The notes under the pieces: model-generated
The model's input: only the letters and a program-made list of their open reading frames with translations
The model's database searches: none
Told to the model about the DNA's origin: nothing
Position numbers and translations under genes: made by a program
DNA from: an uncultured bacterium
GTDB lineage: Bacteria > Verrucomicrobiota > Verrucomicrobiia > Verrucomicrobiales > DEV007
Assembly (NCBI GenBank): GCA_963977015.1
Contig: CAXBMO010000001.1
Coordinates: 579,524 to 643,523, forward strand
Direction of reading: 5' to 3'
DNA length: 64,000 nt
Part shown: positions 25,876-36,123 of the stretch, one piece after another
How the letters are laid out: each line of letters opens with the position of its first letter
How positions within the stretch are numbered: position 1 is the first letter of the stretch

Positions 25876-26808
25876 ATGAACCCCTCCTTTCTCCGATCGC
25901 TTTCTGCCGTTTTTATCGGTCTTACTCTCATGTCCTGTGGAGATGATCCCGGGCCGGAAAAGCCCACCGTCGCCCTGGTGATGAAGTCCCTGGCAAATGA
26001 GTTTTTCAAGACGATGGCGGATGGGGCGGAAGCTTACCAGGCCGATCATGCGGAGGAGTTTGAGCTGATTGTGAATGGCATTCGAAATGAGACGGATTTG
26101 ACGGCACAGGTGAATCTGGTGGAGCAAATGGTGTCGCGCGGAGTGGATGCAATTGTGATCGCTCCGGCCGATTCGAAAGCCTTGGCTCCGGCGTTGAAAC
26201 GGGCAATGGATACGGGGGTGACGGTGGTGAATATTGACAATCAGTTGGATGCGGAGGTGTTGGCAGGGGCGAAACTCACCATTCCATTCGTGGGACCGGA
26301 CAATCGGGAAGGCGCGAAAATGGTGGGCGACGTGGTTGCCGGGAAGCTGCAGCCGGGCGATGCCGTGGCGATTATTGAAGGAGTGCCCACGGCGTTTAAT
26401 GCCGTGCAGCGCCGGTTGGGATTTGAGGATGCGATGAAAGCGGGCGGAATGAAGATTGTCAGTTCGCAATCCGGGAGTTGGGAAATGGCGAAGGCGAATG
26501 CCGTGGCGTCGGCGATCTTGAGCGAGCACCCGGAGGTGAAGGCGCTGCTGTGCGCGAATGATTCGATGGCGCTCGGCGCGGTAACTGCGGTGAAGGCAGC
26601 GGGCGTGAGCGGAAAGGTGTTGGTGGCGGGGTTTGATAACATTTCTGCGATCACACCGTTGGTGGAGTCCGGCGAAGTGGTGGCAACGGCGGATCAACAT
26701 GCGGATGACCTGGCCGTGTTTGGGATTCAAGCCGCGCTGGATATTTTGGCGGGAGGAACGGCGGAAAATCAGAAGACGAAGGTGGACCTGGTCGTGAAGC
26801 CACAATGA
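25876..26808 (+). CDS. Sugar (ribose-type) ABC transporter substrate-binding lipoprotein
   Basis: LMSC lipobox, KSLANEFF, IVIAPADS, VGPDN, CANDSMALG, AGFDN. Confidence 0.92.
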   Translation: MNPSFLRSLSAVFIGLTLMSCGDDPGPEKPTVALVMKSLANEFFKTMADGAEAYQADHAEEFELIVNGIRNETDLTAQVNLVEQMVSRGVDAIVIAPADSKALAPALKRAMDTGVTVVNIDNQLDAEVLAGAKLTIPFVGPDNREGAKMVGDVVAGKLQPGDAVAIIEGVPTAFNAVQRRLGFEDAMKAGGMKIVSSQSGSWEMAKANAVASAILSEHPEVKALLCANDSMALGAVTAVKAAGVSGKVLVAGFDNISAITPLVESGEVVATADQHADDLAVFGIQAALDILAGGTAENQKTKVDLVVKPQ

Positions 26809-28235
26809 GCCGGGCGATCACCATTCGCGGCCTACAGAAGTCGTATGTCCCGGGGGTGCCGGTGCTGCGTGACTTCGATTTTGAACTGGCGACAGGTGAG
26901 GTTCATGCGTTGGTCGGCAGCAATGGTGCGGGAAAGTCGACTTTGGCGAAAATCTTGTCGGGGCTGACTCCGGCGAACTCGGGCGAGATCGATTGGCATG
27001 ACGGTGATGCGTCGGGTGTGGTGATGGTCCTGCAGGAGCTGAACGTGATTCCGACTTTGAGTGTGGCGGAGAATTTGTTCCTGAAGGCGTTGCCCAACAA
27101 GTATGGGATGATTGCGGAGGCTGAGCTTCGTGAGAAGGCGGTGCGGGCGTTGGCGCGGGTGGGGTTGGGAAATTTGGATCCGGATTTGCCGGCCGGGAGG
27201 CTTGGCGTCGGACAACAGCAATTGATGGAGATCGCTTCGGCGCTGGAACAGGAATCGTCGGTATTGATTCTGGATGAGCCGACGGCGGCGTTGACGGGGC
27301 CGGAGATTGAACTGCTTTTTGACAATGTCAGGGCACTTCGCGAGCAGGGCGTGGCGATTTTATTTATCAGTCATCGGATGGATGAGATCGCGCAGATTTG
27401 TGATCGGGTAACAGTGATGCGTGATGGCGTTCGGGTGGCGACGCATCAGGTGGACGAGGTCGAGACTGCGCAGTTGGTCAGGGAGATGGCAGGGAATGAA
27501 ATTGCGACCCGAAAGAGGGCCAAGGTGATGAAGGGGAGGGGTGAGGTTGGGATCTCGGTGACGAATTTGAGGGCGGGTCACGCGGTGAAAGGTGTGACCT
27601 TTGCCGCGCATCGCGGAGAGATTTTGGGGATCGCGGGATTGATTGGCGCGGGCCGGACGGAGACCTTGCGGGCGATTTTCGGAGCCGATCCTCGAACCGG
27701 GGGCGAGGTTGTCGTGACCGGGAAACGGTTGGCCTTGGTGCCGGAGGATCGGAAGATGGACGGACTGTTGCTCCCGCTCTCGGTGACTGCGAATACGATC
27801 CTGGCTTCGGCGAATCGAATTCTTGTCGATGACGAAGCGGATCTGGAAGACGCTGAGCGGGTCTGCAAACAGTTGGACGTCAAGTGCGATACAATGGAGC
27901 AGGCGGTTGGCGATTTGAGTGGGGGCAACCAACAGAAAATCGTGATCGCGCGATGGCTGCTGTGTGATTGTGAGGTGTTTTTGTTTGATGAACCCACCCG
28001 CGGGATCGACGTGGCGGCGAAAGAGGCGATTTACACGCTGCTCGATGAATTGGCCGAAGCGGGGAAGACGCTGGTGGTCGTTTCGAGTGACCTGACCGAG
28101 TTGATGTCGATCAGTCATCGCATCGTGGTGATGTCGAACGGACGAATCACCGGAGAATTTAAACCGGATTCGTGGTCGCGCGAAGCCATCACGGCCGCTG
28201 CATTTGCGGGTTATCAAACAAGGGAGGCGGCATGA
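26805..28235 (+). CDS. Sugar ABC transporter ATP-binding protein (RbsA-like, two NBDs)
   Basis: GSNGAGKST, LDEPT, ISHRMDE, VPEDRK, LSGGNQQK, DEPTRGIDV. Confidence 0.95.
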   Translation: MSRAITIRGLQKSYVPGVPVLRDFDFELATGEVHALVGSNGAGKSTLAKILSGLTPANSGEIDWHDGDASGVVMVLQELNVIPTLSVAENLFLKALPNKYGMIAEAELREKAVRALARVGLGNLDPDLPAGRLGVGQQQLMEIASALEQESSVLILDEPTAALTGPEIELLFDNVRALREQGVAILFISHRMDEIAQICDRVTVMRDGVRVATHQVDEVETAQLVREMAGNEIATRKRAKVMKGRGEVGISVTNLRAGHAVKGVTFAAHRGEILGIAGLIGAGRTETLRAIFGADPRTGGEVVVTGKRLALVPEDRKMDGLLLPLSVTANTILASANRILVDDEADLEDAERVCKQLDVKCDTMEQAVGDLSGGNQQKIVIARWLLCDCEVFLFDEPTRGIDVAAKEAIYTLLDELAEAGKTLVVVSSDLTELMSISHRIVVMSNGRITGEFKPDSWSREAITAAAFAGYQTREAA

Positions 28236-29206
28236 ATCAAAAACGATTGTTGGCGGAATACGGACCGATGCTCGTGATCTGGCTGATTCTGATTCTGTTG
28301 TTCGGCAGTCTGAGCGACAACTTTCTGAGCGCGCGGACGTTGTCGACGATTGCGGGGCAGGTGCCGCCGCTGGTATTGGTCTGTTGTGGGATGACGTTGA
28401 TCCTGATTGTGGCCGGGATCGATCTTTCCGTGGGATCGGTGTTGGCGTTTTCAGCGACGTTGTTTTGTATCCTCATTTCCCGTGCCGGATGGCCGGTCTT
28501 CTTCGCGGGATTGGCGGCGATTTTGTCAGGCGGCGTATTCGGATTGATCAACGGAGCGGTGAGCGTGTTGTTCAAGGTGCCGTCATTTATTGTAACGCTC
28601 GGAACGTTAAAGGTCGCGTTTGGGATGGCGATGTTGGTAAGCCGTTCCGAGACCATCACGGTGGGGATGAAACTGGAACCCCTGGTTTCGCCAATCCCGA
28701 TCCTGGGCGTTCCGGTGAGCTTTGTGGTGGCGCTCTTCTTTGTCGCGGTGGGACAGTTTGTGTTGTCGAAAACGATCTATGGCCGGCACCTGGTGGCGAT
28801 CGGCACGAATGAAAACGCGGTTCGGCTGGCCGGACTCTCCACGACTTGGAAGAAGATCTCGGTTTTTGTGATAACGGGGTTGCTCGCCGGAGTGGCAGCG
28901 ATCTTCTTTGCGGCGCGTCTTGGGGGAGCGAATGCGGATTCAGGCAACGGTTTCGAATTGTCTGCGATCGCGGCGGTGGTGATTGGTGGCACGAGTTTGA
29001 TGGGCGGACGCGGATCGATCGTGAATAGTTTTCTCGGAGTGCTTATTATATTAACGCTCGATGCCGGGTTGGCTCAAGTGGGGGCCGATGAATGGGTGAA
29101 ACATGTGATCACGGGAGTTGTGATTATCCTGGCGGTGTTGATGGACGTGCTGCGGGGGGATGTGATTTCGAAGTTGACCGCCGTCTTCAGAAAGGAGGCG
29201 GAATGA
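28232..29206 (+). CDS. Sugar ABC transporter permease (RbsC-like)
   Basis: GIDLSVGS, PSFIVTLG, AIGTNENAVRLAG, ELSAIAAVVIGGTSLMGGRG. Confidence 0.95.
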   Translation: MNQKRLLAEYGPMLVIWLILILLFGSLSDNFLSARTLSTIAGQVPPLVLVCCGMTLILIVAGIDLSVGSVLAFSATLFCILISRAGWPVFFAGLAAILSGGVFGLINGAVSVLFKVPSFIVTLGTLKVAFGMAMLVSRSETITVGMKLEPLVSPIPILGVPVSFVVALFFVAVGQFVLSKTIYGRHLVAIGTNENAVRLAGLSTTWKKISVFVITGLLAGVAAIFFAARLGGANADSGNGFELSAIAAVVIGGTSLMGGRGSIVNSFLGVLIILTLDAGLAQVGADEWVKHVITGVVIILAVLMDVLRGDVISKLTAVFRKEAE

Positions 29207-30066
29207 AACCGAGGATTGTGGTGATGGGATCGTTGAACATGGACCACAACTATGCGGTGGAACGGATTCCGCTCGCGGGTGAAACCGTCTCCAGTCACGG
29301 CGTGGAGCTTCACTTTGGTGGGAAGGGAGCGAACCAGGCCGTGGCGGCAAAACGTGCCGGTGGAGAGGTGGAAATGATTGGTGTTTTGGGCGGGGACGAT
29401 GCGGGATTGCGTTATCGGGAGCGAATGGTGGAGATGGGGATTGGGGGAGAGGGACTTTTTACGAAAAAAGACGTCCCGACCGGTAGCGCCGTGATTTTGG
29501 TGGATCGAAATGGGGAGAATTTGATCGTGGTGGATGCGGGGGCCAACGGGTGTTTGACCCCGGAGATGGTGGACGAGTCGGCGGAGAGAATTGCCGGGGC
29601 GGACCTATTGCTGATGCAGTTTGAGTGTCCGTTGGATGCGGTGGCGCGCGCGAGCCAGATCGCGAAGGAGAATGAAACGCTTGTGATCCTCAACCCATCG
29701 CCCTGGCGAAGTGATTTTGACTCCGTTCACTACGATCATTTGATACTGAATCAGCACGAATCGGACAGGTTCGGTCCCGAAATGCATGGTGCGACGTTTA
29801 TTGTGACGCGGGGGGCGGACGCGACGCGCTATTTTACGGCGCAGGATCGTGGGGATGTGGCGACACAGCCGGTTTCGCCGGTCGATACGGTGGGAGCGGG
29901 AGATAGTTTTGCAGGAGCGTATGCGGTTGCCATTGGTGAAGGCAAATCCGTTCCCGAGGCCGTGGCGTTTGCCAATGCGGCGGGCGCCCTGGCGACGACG
30001 CAGATGGGAGCCCAGGTGGCGATCCCAACCCGCGAGGCAATTCTGAAATTTCTTAAACCCTCTTAA
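29203..30066 (+). CDS. rbsK: Ribokinase (PfkB family)
   Basis: GSLNMD, GGKGANQAVAA, PTGSAVI, GENLIVV, QFE, DTVGAGDSFAG. Confidence 0.9.
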   Translation: MKPRIVVMGSLNMDHNYAVERIPLAGETVSSHGVELHFGGKGANQAVAAKRAGGEVEMIGVLGGDDAGLRYRERMVEMGIGGEGLFTKKDVPTGSAVILVDRNGENLIVVDAGANGCLTPEMVDESAERIAGADLLLMQFECPLDAVARASQIAKENETLVILNPSPWRSDFDSVHYDHLILNQHESDRFGPEMHGATFIVTRGADATRYFTAQDRGDVATQPVSPVDTVGAGDSFAGAYAVAIGEGKSVPEAVAFANAAGALATTQMGAQVAIPTREAILKFLKPS

Positions 30067-30080
30067 ACCCTCTTAAACCT
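30051..30080. repeat. 10-bp tandem repeat (tcttaaaccc) x3
   Basis: tcttaaaccc tcttaaaccc tcttaaacct spans the rbsK stop and the gap before the next ATG. Confidence 0.9.
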
Positions 30081-30082
30081 CT

Positions 30083-32080
30083 ATGAAGATACTTCGTTTA
30101 TTGATGTTGTTGTTCTGCTGTGGCGCTTCTGCCCAGGCGGATTCGCCGAAACCGGTTCCGGTCATTTTTGATACCGATATGACGGGCGATGTCGATGATG
30201 CTCTTGCCTTGGCCATGCTCCACGCCCTGGCCGATTGGGAACGTTGTGAGATCCTGGCGATCACGGTTTCCAAAAAGAATGAGCTGGCCGCTCCGTTCAT
30301 CGATGCGGTGAATACGTTTTATGGGCGGCCTGACATCCCGATTGGAGTCAATCCCAATGCGCCGGAACGGGAGAGCAAGTATTTGAAACTGGTGACGCGA
30401 CACGACGAGGTCGATCTTGATTACCCGCATGATATCGGCGTGACCGTGCAAGCGGAAGACGCCGTGGAGTTATTGCGCAAGACGTTGGAGAGCGCGGAGG
30501 ACAACTCGGTGGCGTTGATTCAGGTGGGACTGGCAACCAATGTTGCCGAGCTGTTGCAACGTGATGGCGGTCGTGAACTCATCGAGCAGAAAGTCGATCA
30601 CTTATCGGTGATGGCCGGGGCCTTTTCGACGATTGGGGCGAACAATCGGTTTTTGGAGGCGAATGTGAAGAATCATATTCCTTCAATGCAGGTGTTGGCT
30701 GATGAATGGCCGGATACGGTTCCGGTCATCTGGAGTGGTTTTGCGGTCGGGAAAGCCGTGACCTATCCCCGTGAGAGTATTGCGAACGATTTCAATTATA
30801 TTGCGAAGCATCCGATCCGGGAAGCCTATCTCCTGCACAGTGGGCCCGAGCATGACCGGCCGTGTTGGGATCTGACGAGTGTCCTCTACTCGGTTTTTCC
30901 TGACCGTAAGTATTTCGGATTGTCACCCCATGGGCGGGTTGAGGTGACGGATGAGGGCGTGACCAAGTTTATGCCGGCACAGGGAAGCCGGGACCGGCCT
31001 GCGAATACTTCCAAAATGGCGATGGGGAAGAGGCGGGACCAGTATTTGACCGTGTCGCCGGTACAGGCAGCTCGGGTTCGGGAAGCCTTGGTTCAATTTG
31101 TGGCGCAACCGCCGAAGAAACTGGTGACCGCAAATGCGAAGGAGCCGGTGAAGCTGATTTTTGACACGGACATGGGCAACGATGTGGATGATGCCATGGC
31201 ATTGGCGATGATTCATGCGCTGGAACGTCGCGGAGCTTGCGAATTGTTGGCGGTGACATCGACCAAGGATCATCCGAAGTCGGCGGCTTACATCGATGTG
31301 CTCAACACGTTTTATGGACGGCCGGATATTCCGATCGGGACCGTTCGCAATGGAGTGACTCCATTGATTGGGAAGTTCCTGCCGCAGGCGGACGATTATC
31401 CGCATGATTTGACGAACGGCAATGATGCGCCGGACGCGGTGAAGCTCTTGCGTAAGACGTTGGCGGAGCAACCCGATCAATCGGTGGCGATCGCGCAGGT
31501 GGGATTCTTTACGAATTTGGCGCGCCTGATCGAGTCAGTGCCCGATGAATATTCACCCCTGACAGGGACGGAGTTGGTGAAGAAAAAGGTGAAGCTTCTG
31601 TCGATCATGGCCGGGGCGTTTCAAACCATTCGATATAATAACGGATACAAGGAATACAACGTTTGGAAGGACATTCCATCGGCGCAGCAGTTCTCGGAAC
31701 GTTGGCCAACCTCAATTATCTGGAGTGGATTCGAAATTGGAATCGCAGCGGCGTATCCTTGGCGGAGTGTGATGGAGGATTATGAATACGTGGATCGTCA
31801 TCCGATTAAGGAATCCTATCTCGTCTATGCGCCGGAGAAGCCGCATGACCGGCCAACCTGGGATCTGACGGCGGTGCTTCAGGCGGTCTATCCTGATCGC
31901 GGGTATTTTGCGTTGTCTCCAAGAGGTCGGGTTCGGATTGAGGATGACGGCTTCAGCCGATTTGTTCCCTCTGCAAAGCCGGGGAGCGGGCGGGATCGAT
32001 TCTTGATCATGAATGCGGCACAAACTGCCCGGGTGCGGGAAGCGTTTGTTCAACTGTGTTCCGAAAACCCCAAAGGATGA
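30083..32080 (+). CDS. Exported inosine/uridine-preferring nucleoside hydrolase family protein with two tandem domains
   Basis: Signal peptide; IFDTDMTGDVDDA and IFDTDMGNDVDDA; repeated NTFYGRPDIPIG, MAGAF, HDRPxWDLT. Confidence 0.88.
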   Translation: MKILRLLMLLFCCGASAQADSPKPVPVIFDTDMTGDVDDALALAMLHALADWERCEILAITVSKKNELAAPFIDAVNTFYGRPDIPIGVNPNAPERESKYLKLVTRHDEVDLDYPHDIGVTVQAEDAVELLRKTLESAEDNSVALIQVGLATNVAELLQRDGGRELIEQKVDHLSVMAGAFSTIGANNRFLEANVKNHIPSMQVLADEWPDTVPVIWSGFAVGKAVTYPRESIANDFNYIAKHPIREAYLLHSGPEHDRPCWDLTSVLYSVFPDRKYFGLSPHGRVEVTDEGVTKFMPAQGSRDRPANTSKMAMGKRRDQYLTVSPVQAARVREALVQFVAQPPKKLVTANAKEPVKLIFDTDMGNDVDDAMALAMIHALERRGACELLAVTSTKDHPKSAAYIDVLNTFYGRPDIPIGTVRNGVTPLIGKFLPQADDYPHDLTNGNDAPDAVKLLRKTLAEQPDQSVAIAQVGFFTNLARLIESVPDEYSPLTGTELVKKKVKLLSIMAGAFQTIRYNNGYKEYNVWKDIPSAQQFSERWPTSIIWSGFEIGIAAAYPWRSVMEDYEYVDRHPIKESYLVYAPEKPHDRPTWDLTAVLQAVYPDRGYFALSPRGRVRIEDDGFSRFVPSAKPGSGRDRFLIMNAAQTARVREAFVQLCSENPKG

Positions 32081-32120
32081 GACCTGTGATCTTCGGGCAA
32101 CTGTATAACGATCGAATCTG

Positions 32121-33935
32121 ATGAAGAGTTATCTATTCACACTTTGTTGTCTTTGTATTGGTGGATTGATCAGCGCTGTTGCTGATACACCGCCGAACGT
32201 CATCATCATCATGACGGATGATCAGGGATACGGTGATTTGTCGTGTCATGGGAATCCGATCCTGAAAACGCCTCATCTGGATCGGCTGCATTCGGAGAGT
32301 GTGCGCTTCACGGACTTTCATGTGGCGCCGATGTGTACGCCAACGCGGGGGCAGCTCTTAACCGGGCGCGACGCGGCTCGCAATGGAGCGATCAATGTTA
32401 GCAGTGGCCGGACGTTGTTGCGGGCGGAACTGCCAACGATGGCTGATGTCTTTGCGGAGAATGGTTATCGTACGGGGATTTTTGGGAAATGGCATCTTGG
32501 GGATACGTATCCCTATCGTCCCGAGGATCGCGGGTTTCAGGAAACCTTGTGGTTTCCATCGAGCCATATCAATTCCGTTCCAGATGTTTGGGACAACGAT
32601 TATTTTGAGGATACGTATCGACGAAATGGCGTTCTCACCAATTATGAAGGCTATTGCACGGATGTGTTTTTTCAGGAGGCCATGGATTGGATTGGCGAGA
32701 ATGATGAGAAGCCGTTTTTTATCTATCTACCGACAAATGCTCCGCATACGCCGTATTGGCTTCCCAGCGAGTATCGCGAAGCGATGAGGCAGAGGTTTAC
32801 CGAGGCGGAGGCTACGGGAGCGTTTACCCGGAAGTTGAAGCCGGAGAAACGGGCCTCGATCATCGATTTTCTGGCAATGATTCAGCATATTGATGACAAT
32901 GTGGGGAAGCTTACCGAGTTCCTGGCGCAGAGCGGGATGGCGGAGAATACGATCGTGGTGTTTTTGACAGACAACGGAAGCACCAAGGGAGCGGACTACT
33001 ACAATGCAGGAATGTGGGGGAAAAAGATGGAGCTGTGGGAGGGAGGACACCGCGTGCCATGTTTTGTCAAGGCTCCCGGCGTAAAGCCCCGCGATGTTGG
33101 AGGACTGGCACAGGTTCAGGACCTGTTTCCGAGTCTGATCGAACTGTGCGGGCTAAGCTCGGATGTCGAGACGGATGGAATAAGCCTGGCAGGGACGATT
33201 CCCGGAGGCGGGGAGCTGCCCGCGGATCGGAAGTTGGTCATCAACTATAGTAGGATGCCTTTTGGGTTTGAGTTTCCATCGCCGGATAGTCCGTCATTGA
33301 TGCGAAGAGAGGGCGCCGCGGTTTTGTGGAAGCGATGGCGGCTGTTGGAAGGGGATCGGTTGTACGATTTGGATAGCGATCCGTTTCAACGAGAGAACGT
33401 CATCGATCAGTTTCCGGAAATTGCGCTCAAGCTGAATGCGCACCTCGATCAATGGTGGGACGATGTGCGGGAGATTGCCAACGAGCCGCAACCGGTTGTG
33501 ATTGGGCATGCTGCGGAAAATCCGGTGCTGTTGACGGCTTGTGAATGGCTTGATGTCTTCTTCGATCAACAACAACAGATTCGGCGGGCGGATTTGAAGA
33601 ACGGTTGGTGGGAGATTGAGGTGGCCGAGGCGGGAGAATATGAGTTCGAGTTGCGCAGATGGCCGCGTGACGCTGATTTGCCGCTTGCCGCGGGAGCTCC
33701 TGAAACGGTGATTGCGGATGGCATGCTTCCAGCAGGGAAAGCTCTGCCGATTGCGATGGCGCGGATGAAGGTCGGCACTTCGCGAATGCGGCGGAAAGCG
33801 GTTGGACCGAACGACAAGGCCGCCAGATTTTCCGTTCAGCTAGCTCCTGGTCGAACCCGGCTTTACACATGGTTCGATGATGCGGAGCGGCAATCGATTA
33901 CCGGAGCCTACTACGTTTACGTCAATCGAAAGTGA
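32121..33935 (+). CDS. Exported arylsulfatase (formylglycine-dependent)
   Basis: PNVIIIMTDDQGYGD, CTPTR, GKWHLG, TDNG, EGGHRVP. Confidence 0.95.
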   Translation: MKSYLFTLCCLCIGGLISAVADTPPNVIIIMTDDQGYGDLSCHGNPILKTPHLDRLHSESVRFTDFHVAPMCTPTRGQLLTGRDAARNGAINVSSGRTLLRAELPTMADVFAENGYRTGIFGKWHLGDTYPYRPEDRGFQETLWFPSSHINSVPDVWDNDYFEDTYRRNGVLTNYEGYCTDVFFQEAMDWIGENDEKPFFIYLPTNAPHTPYWLPSEYREAMRQRFTEAEATGAFTRKLKPEKRASIIDFLAMIQHIDDNVGKLTEFLAQSGMAENTIVVFLTDNGSTKGADYYNAGMWGKKMELWEGGHRVPCFVKAPGVKPRDVGGLAQVQDLFPSLIELCGLSSDVETDGISLAGTIPGGGELPADRKLVINYSRMPFGFEFPSPDSPSLMRREGAAVLWKRWRLLEGDRLYDLDSDPFQRENVIDQFPEIALKLNAHLDQWWDDVREIANEPQPVVIGHAAENPVLLTACEWLDVFFDQQQQIRRADLKNGWWEIEVAEAGEYEFELRRWPRDADLPLAAGAPETVIADGMLPAGKALPIAMARMKVGTSRMRRKAVGPNDKAARFSVQLAPGRTRLYTWFDDAERQSITGAYYVYVNRK

Positions 33936-33990
33936 TTTGCGCCGATTCGGAGAGAGCCCCAAACTTTGGTGTAGACCAGAGTTTGAAAAA

Positions 33991-34065
33991 TGGTGCGCGA
34001 TACAGGATTTGAACCTGTGACCCCCACCGTGTCAAGGTGGTGCTCTACCACTGAGCTAACCGCGC
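33991..34065 (-). tRNA. tRNA-Val(GAC)
   Basis: Reverse complement GCGCGGTTAGCTCAGTGGTAGAGCACCACCTTGACACGGTGGGGGTCACAGGTTCAAATCCTGTATCGCGCACCA: cloverleaf, GAC anticodon, encoded CCA. Confidence 0.97.
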
Positions 34066-34084
34066 ATTTTGTAAAGCGGGCGCT

Positions 34085-34112
34085 AGTTTAGAGCACGGGC
34101 CGCCATGCGCAA
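34085..34112 (-). promoter_or_regulatory. Candidate sigma70 promoter of tRNA-Val
   Basis: Minus strand TTGCGC-16 nt-TAAACT followed by GC-rich discriminator agcgcccgc. Confidence 0.45.
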
Positions 34113-34147
34113 CCCGTTTTTGGTTTTACTGCGCTGAAAGATGCCAT

Positions 34148-36001
34148 CTACTCAACCGTCACGCTTTTGGCGAGGTTTCTCGGCTTGTCGACATCGCATT
34201 CGCGAGCCACGGCAAAGTGGTAGCTGAGCAGTTGCAGCGGAATCACCGTGAGCAGCGGACTGAGGTGTTCGTAGACCTTCGGAATGTAGATGACGTCGTC
34301 GGCGACTTTGGAAATCTCCGTATTTCCTTCGGTGGCGATCGCGATGACCGGGCCCTTCCGGGCTTTCACTTCCTCGATGTTGGAGATGTTCTTCTCGTAG
34401 ATGTGGTCATCGGGAGCAATGAAGACGCTGGGCAACTCCGGTTTCACAAGGGCGATAATTCCGTGCTTCAACTCGGCGCTGGCGTGGCCGCTGGCGTAGA
34501 TGTAGCTGATCTCTTTCATCTTCAGCGCGCCTTCCATGGCAATTGGGTAATTGCTTTGGCGCCCGAGGAAGAGCATTCCTTCCGCGTCGTTGTATTTCAG
34601 CGCGATTTCCTTGATTCGGTCACTCTGTTTGAGGATTTCGGTGACCTTGTCGGGAATCTGCTCGAGCTCATCGAGGATTTGGTTTCCGGCAACCGTATCC
34701 ATGTTGCGCATCCGGCCGAGCCAAAGGGCGAGAAGGGTCATGACCGTGACTTGCGAAGTGAAGGACTTGGTCGCGGCAACGCCAATTTCAGGGCCGGCAT
34801 GGAGATAGGAGCCGCCGTCGGATTCTCGGGCAATGGTGCTGGCGATTGAGTTGACGATCCCAAGAACGCGATGGCCCTTGCGCTGGGCTTCTCGCATCGC
34901 GGCCAGGGTGTCGATGGTTTCCCCTGACTGGCTGATGACGAAGAAGAGCGTGTTTTTGTCGACCGGAAGGTTGCGATAGCGCATCTCCGACGCAATCTCG
35001 ACTTCGGTTGGAATGTGGGCGAGGCCCTCAATGAGGTATTCACCGACCATGGCGGCGTGCATGGCCGTTCCACAACCACACAGGACAATTCGATCCACGT
35101 TGCGGAGATCCCGCGGGCTCATGTTCAAACCTCCGAGCATCGCAGTGGAGTTCTCGCGATAAAGGCGACCGCGGAACGCGTTGGCGATGGAGATCGGCTG
35201 CTCATAAATCTCTTTGAGCATGAAGTGGGGAAAGTCGCCTTTCTCCGCTTCCTCTTTTTGAAAGGCGACCTGTTGAACTTCAAAATCGCTGATTTCACCA
35301 CTGTGGATTGAGCTGATTTGGAAGTCGGTCGGCGACATTTCGACCAAATCGTAGTCATTGAGGTAAATCGCATCGCGGGTGTGGGCGACGATGGCGGCGA
35401 CGTCACTTGCAATGAAGTTTTCGCTCTTGCCCAAACCAACCACGAGCGGGCTTCCGAGACGAGCACCGACCATGAAATCTGGTGCGTCCGTATGAACGAC
35501 TGCGATGCCGTAGGTTCCCTTGACCTCGCGAAGTGCGGCGCGAATGGCTTTGACCAATTTCTCCCTGGAGCCACCGGAAGTCTGCTCGTCATATTTCCGA
35601 CCAACCAAGTGAGCCAAGACCTCGGAATCTGTCTGCGATAGGAAGGTGTGTCCGTCCGCTTCCATTTCTTCCCGCAAGCTTTGATAGTTCTCGATAACAC
35701 CGTTGTGAACGAGTGCCAATTGGCCGCTCCCATCGAGGTGGGGGTGCGCGTTTTCATCCGTTGGCGGACCGTGGGTTGCCCACCGCGTATGACTGACTCC
35801 GGTTTTGCCGTGGACCGATTTCTTCTCTAACAGAGATTTTAAGTTATCAATCCTACCAGAACACTTGCGAATTTCGATTTCACCCCCGTTAATGAGAGCC
35901 ATACCTGCGGAGTCGTATCCGCGGTATTCGAGGCGCCGCAATCCATCAAGCATGACGGGGACGGCGTTTTCACGTCCAACATAGCCAATAATTCCACACA
36001 T
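34148..36001 (-). CDS. glmS: Glutamine--fructose-6-phosphate aminotransferase
   Basis: MCGIIG, EYRGYDSAG, HTRWATHG, SQSGETIDT, EGALKMKE, DKPRNLAKSVTVE. Confidence 0.98.
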   Translation of the reverse strand: MCGIIGYVGRENAVPVMLDGLRRLEYRGYDSAGMALINGGEIEIRKCSGRIDNLKSLLEKKSVHGKTGVSHTRWATHGPPTDENAHPHLDGSGQLALVHNGVIENYQSLREEMEADGHTFLSQTDSEVLAHLVGRKYDEQTSGGSREKLVKAIRAALREVKGTYGIAVVHTDAPDFMVGARLGSPLVVGLGKSENFIASDVAAIVAHTRDAIYLNDYDLVEMSPTDFQISSIHSGEISDFEVQQVAFQKEEAEKGDFPHFMLKEIYEQPISIANAFRGRLYRENSTAMLGGLNMSPRDLRNVDRIVLCGCGTAMHAAMVGEYLIEGLAHIPTEVEIASEMRYRNLPVDKNTLFFVISQSGETIDTLAAMREAQRKGHRVLGIVNSIASTIARESDGGSYLHAGPEIGVAATKSFTSQVTVMTLLALWLGRMRNMDTVAGNQILDELEQIPDKVTEILKQSDRIKEIALKYNDAEGMLFLGRQSNYPIAMEGALKMKEISYIYASGHASAELKHGIIALVKPELPSVFIAPDDHIYEKNISNIEEVKARKGPVIAIATEGNTEISKVADDVIYIPKVYEHLSPLLTVIPLQLLSYHFAVARECDVDKPRNLAKSVTVE

Positions 36002-36123
36002 AGGAGTAAGTTGTTTTAGAAGTCAGTTTCAAAACCCCGGTCAGCGAAACATCGCGAAACCGAAAGGAAAAGTGATTTAAAATTCAAGTTTATCCATAAC
36101 TTTAACAAATAATAGTAATTACT

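Noticed and set aside
36002-36123. glmS ribozyme or origin-like region
   Set aside because: Only 122 nt of AT-rich divergent promoter, no recognisable ribozyme core, and a single imperfect DnaA box (ttatccata)
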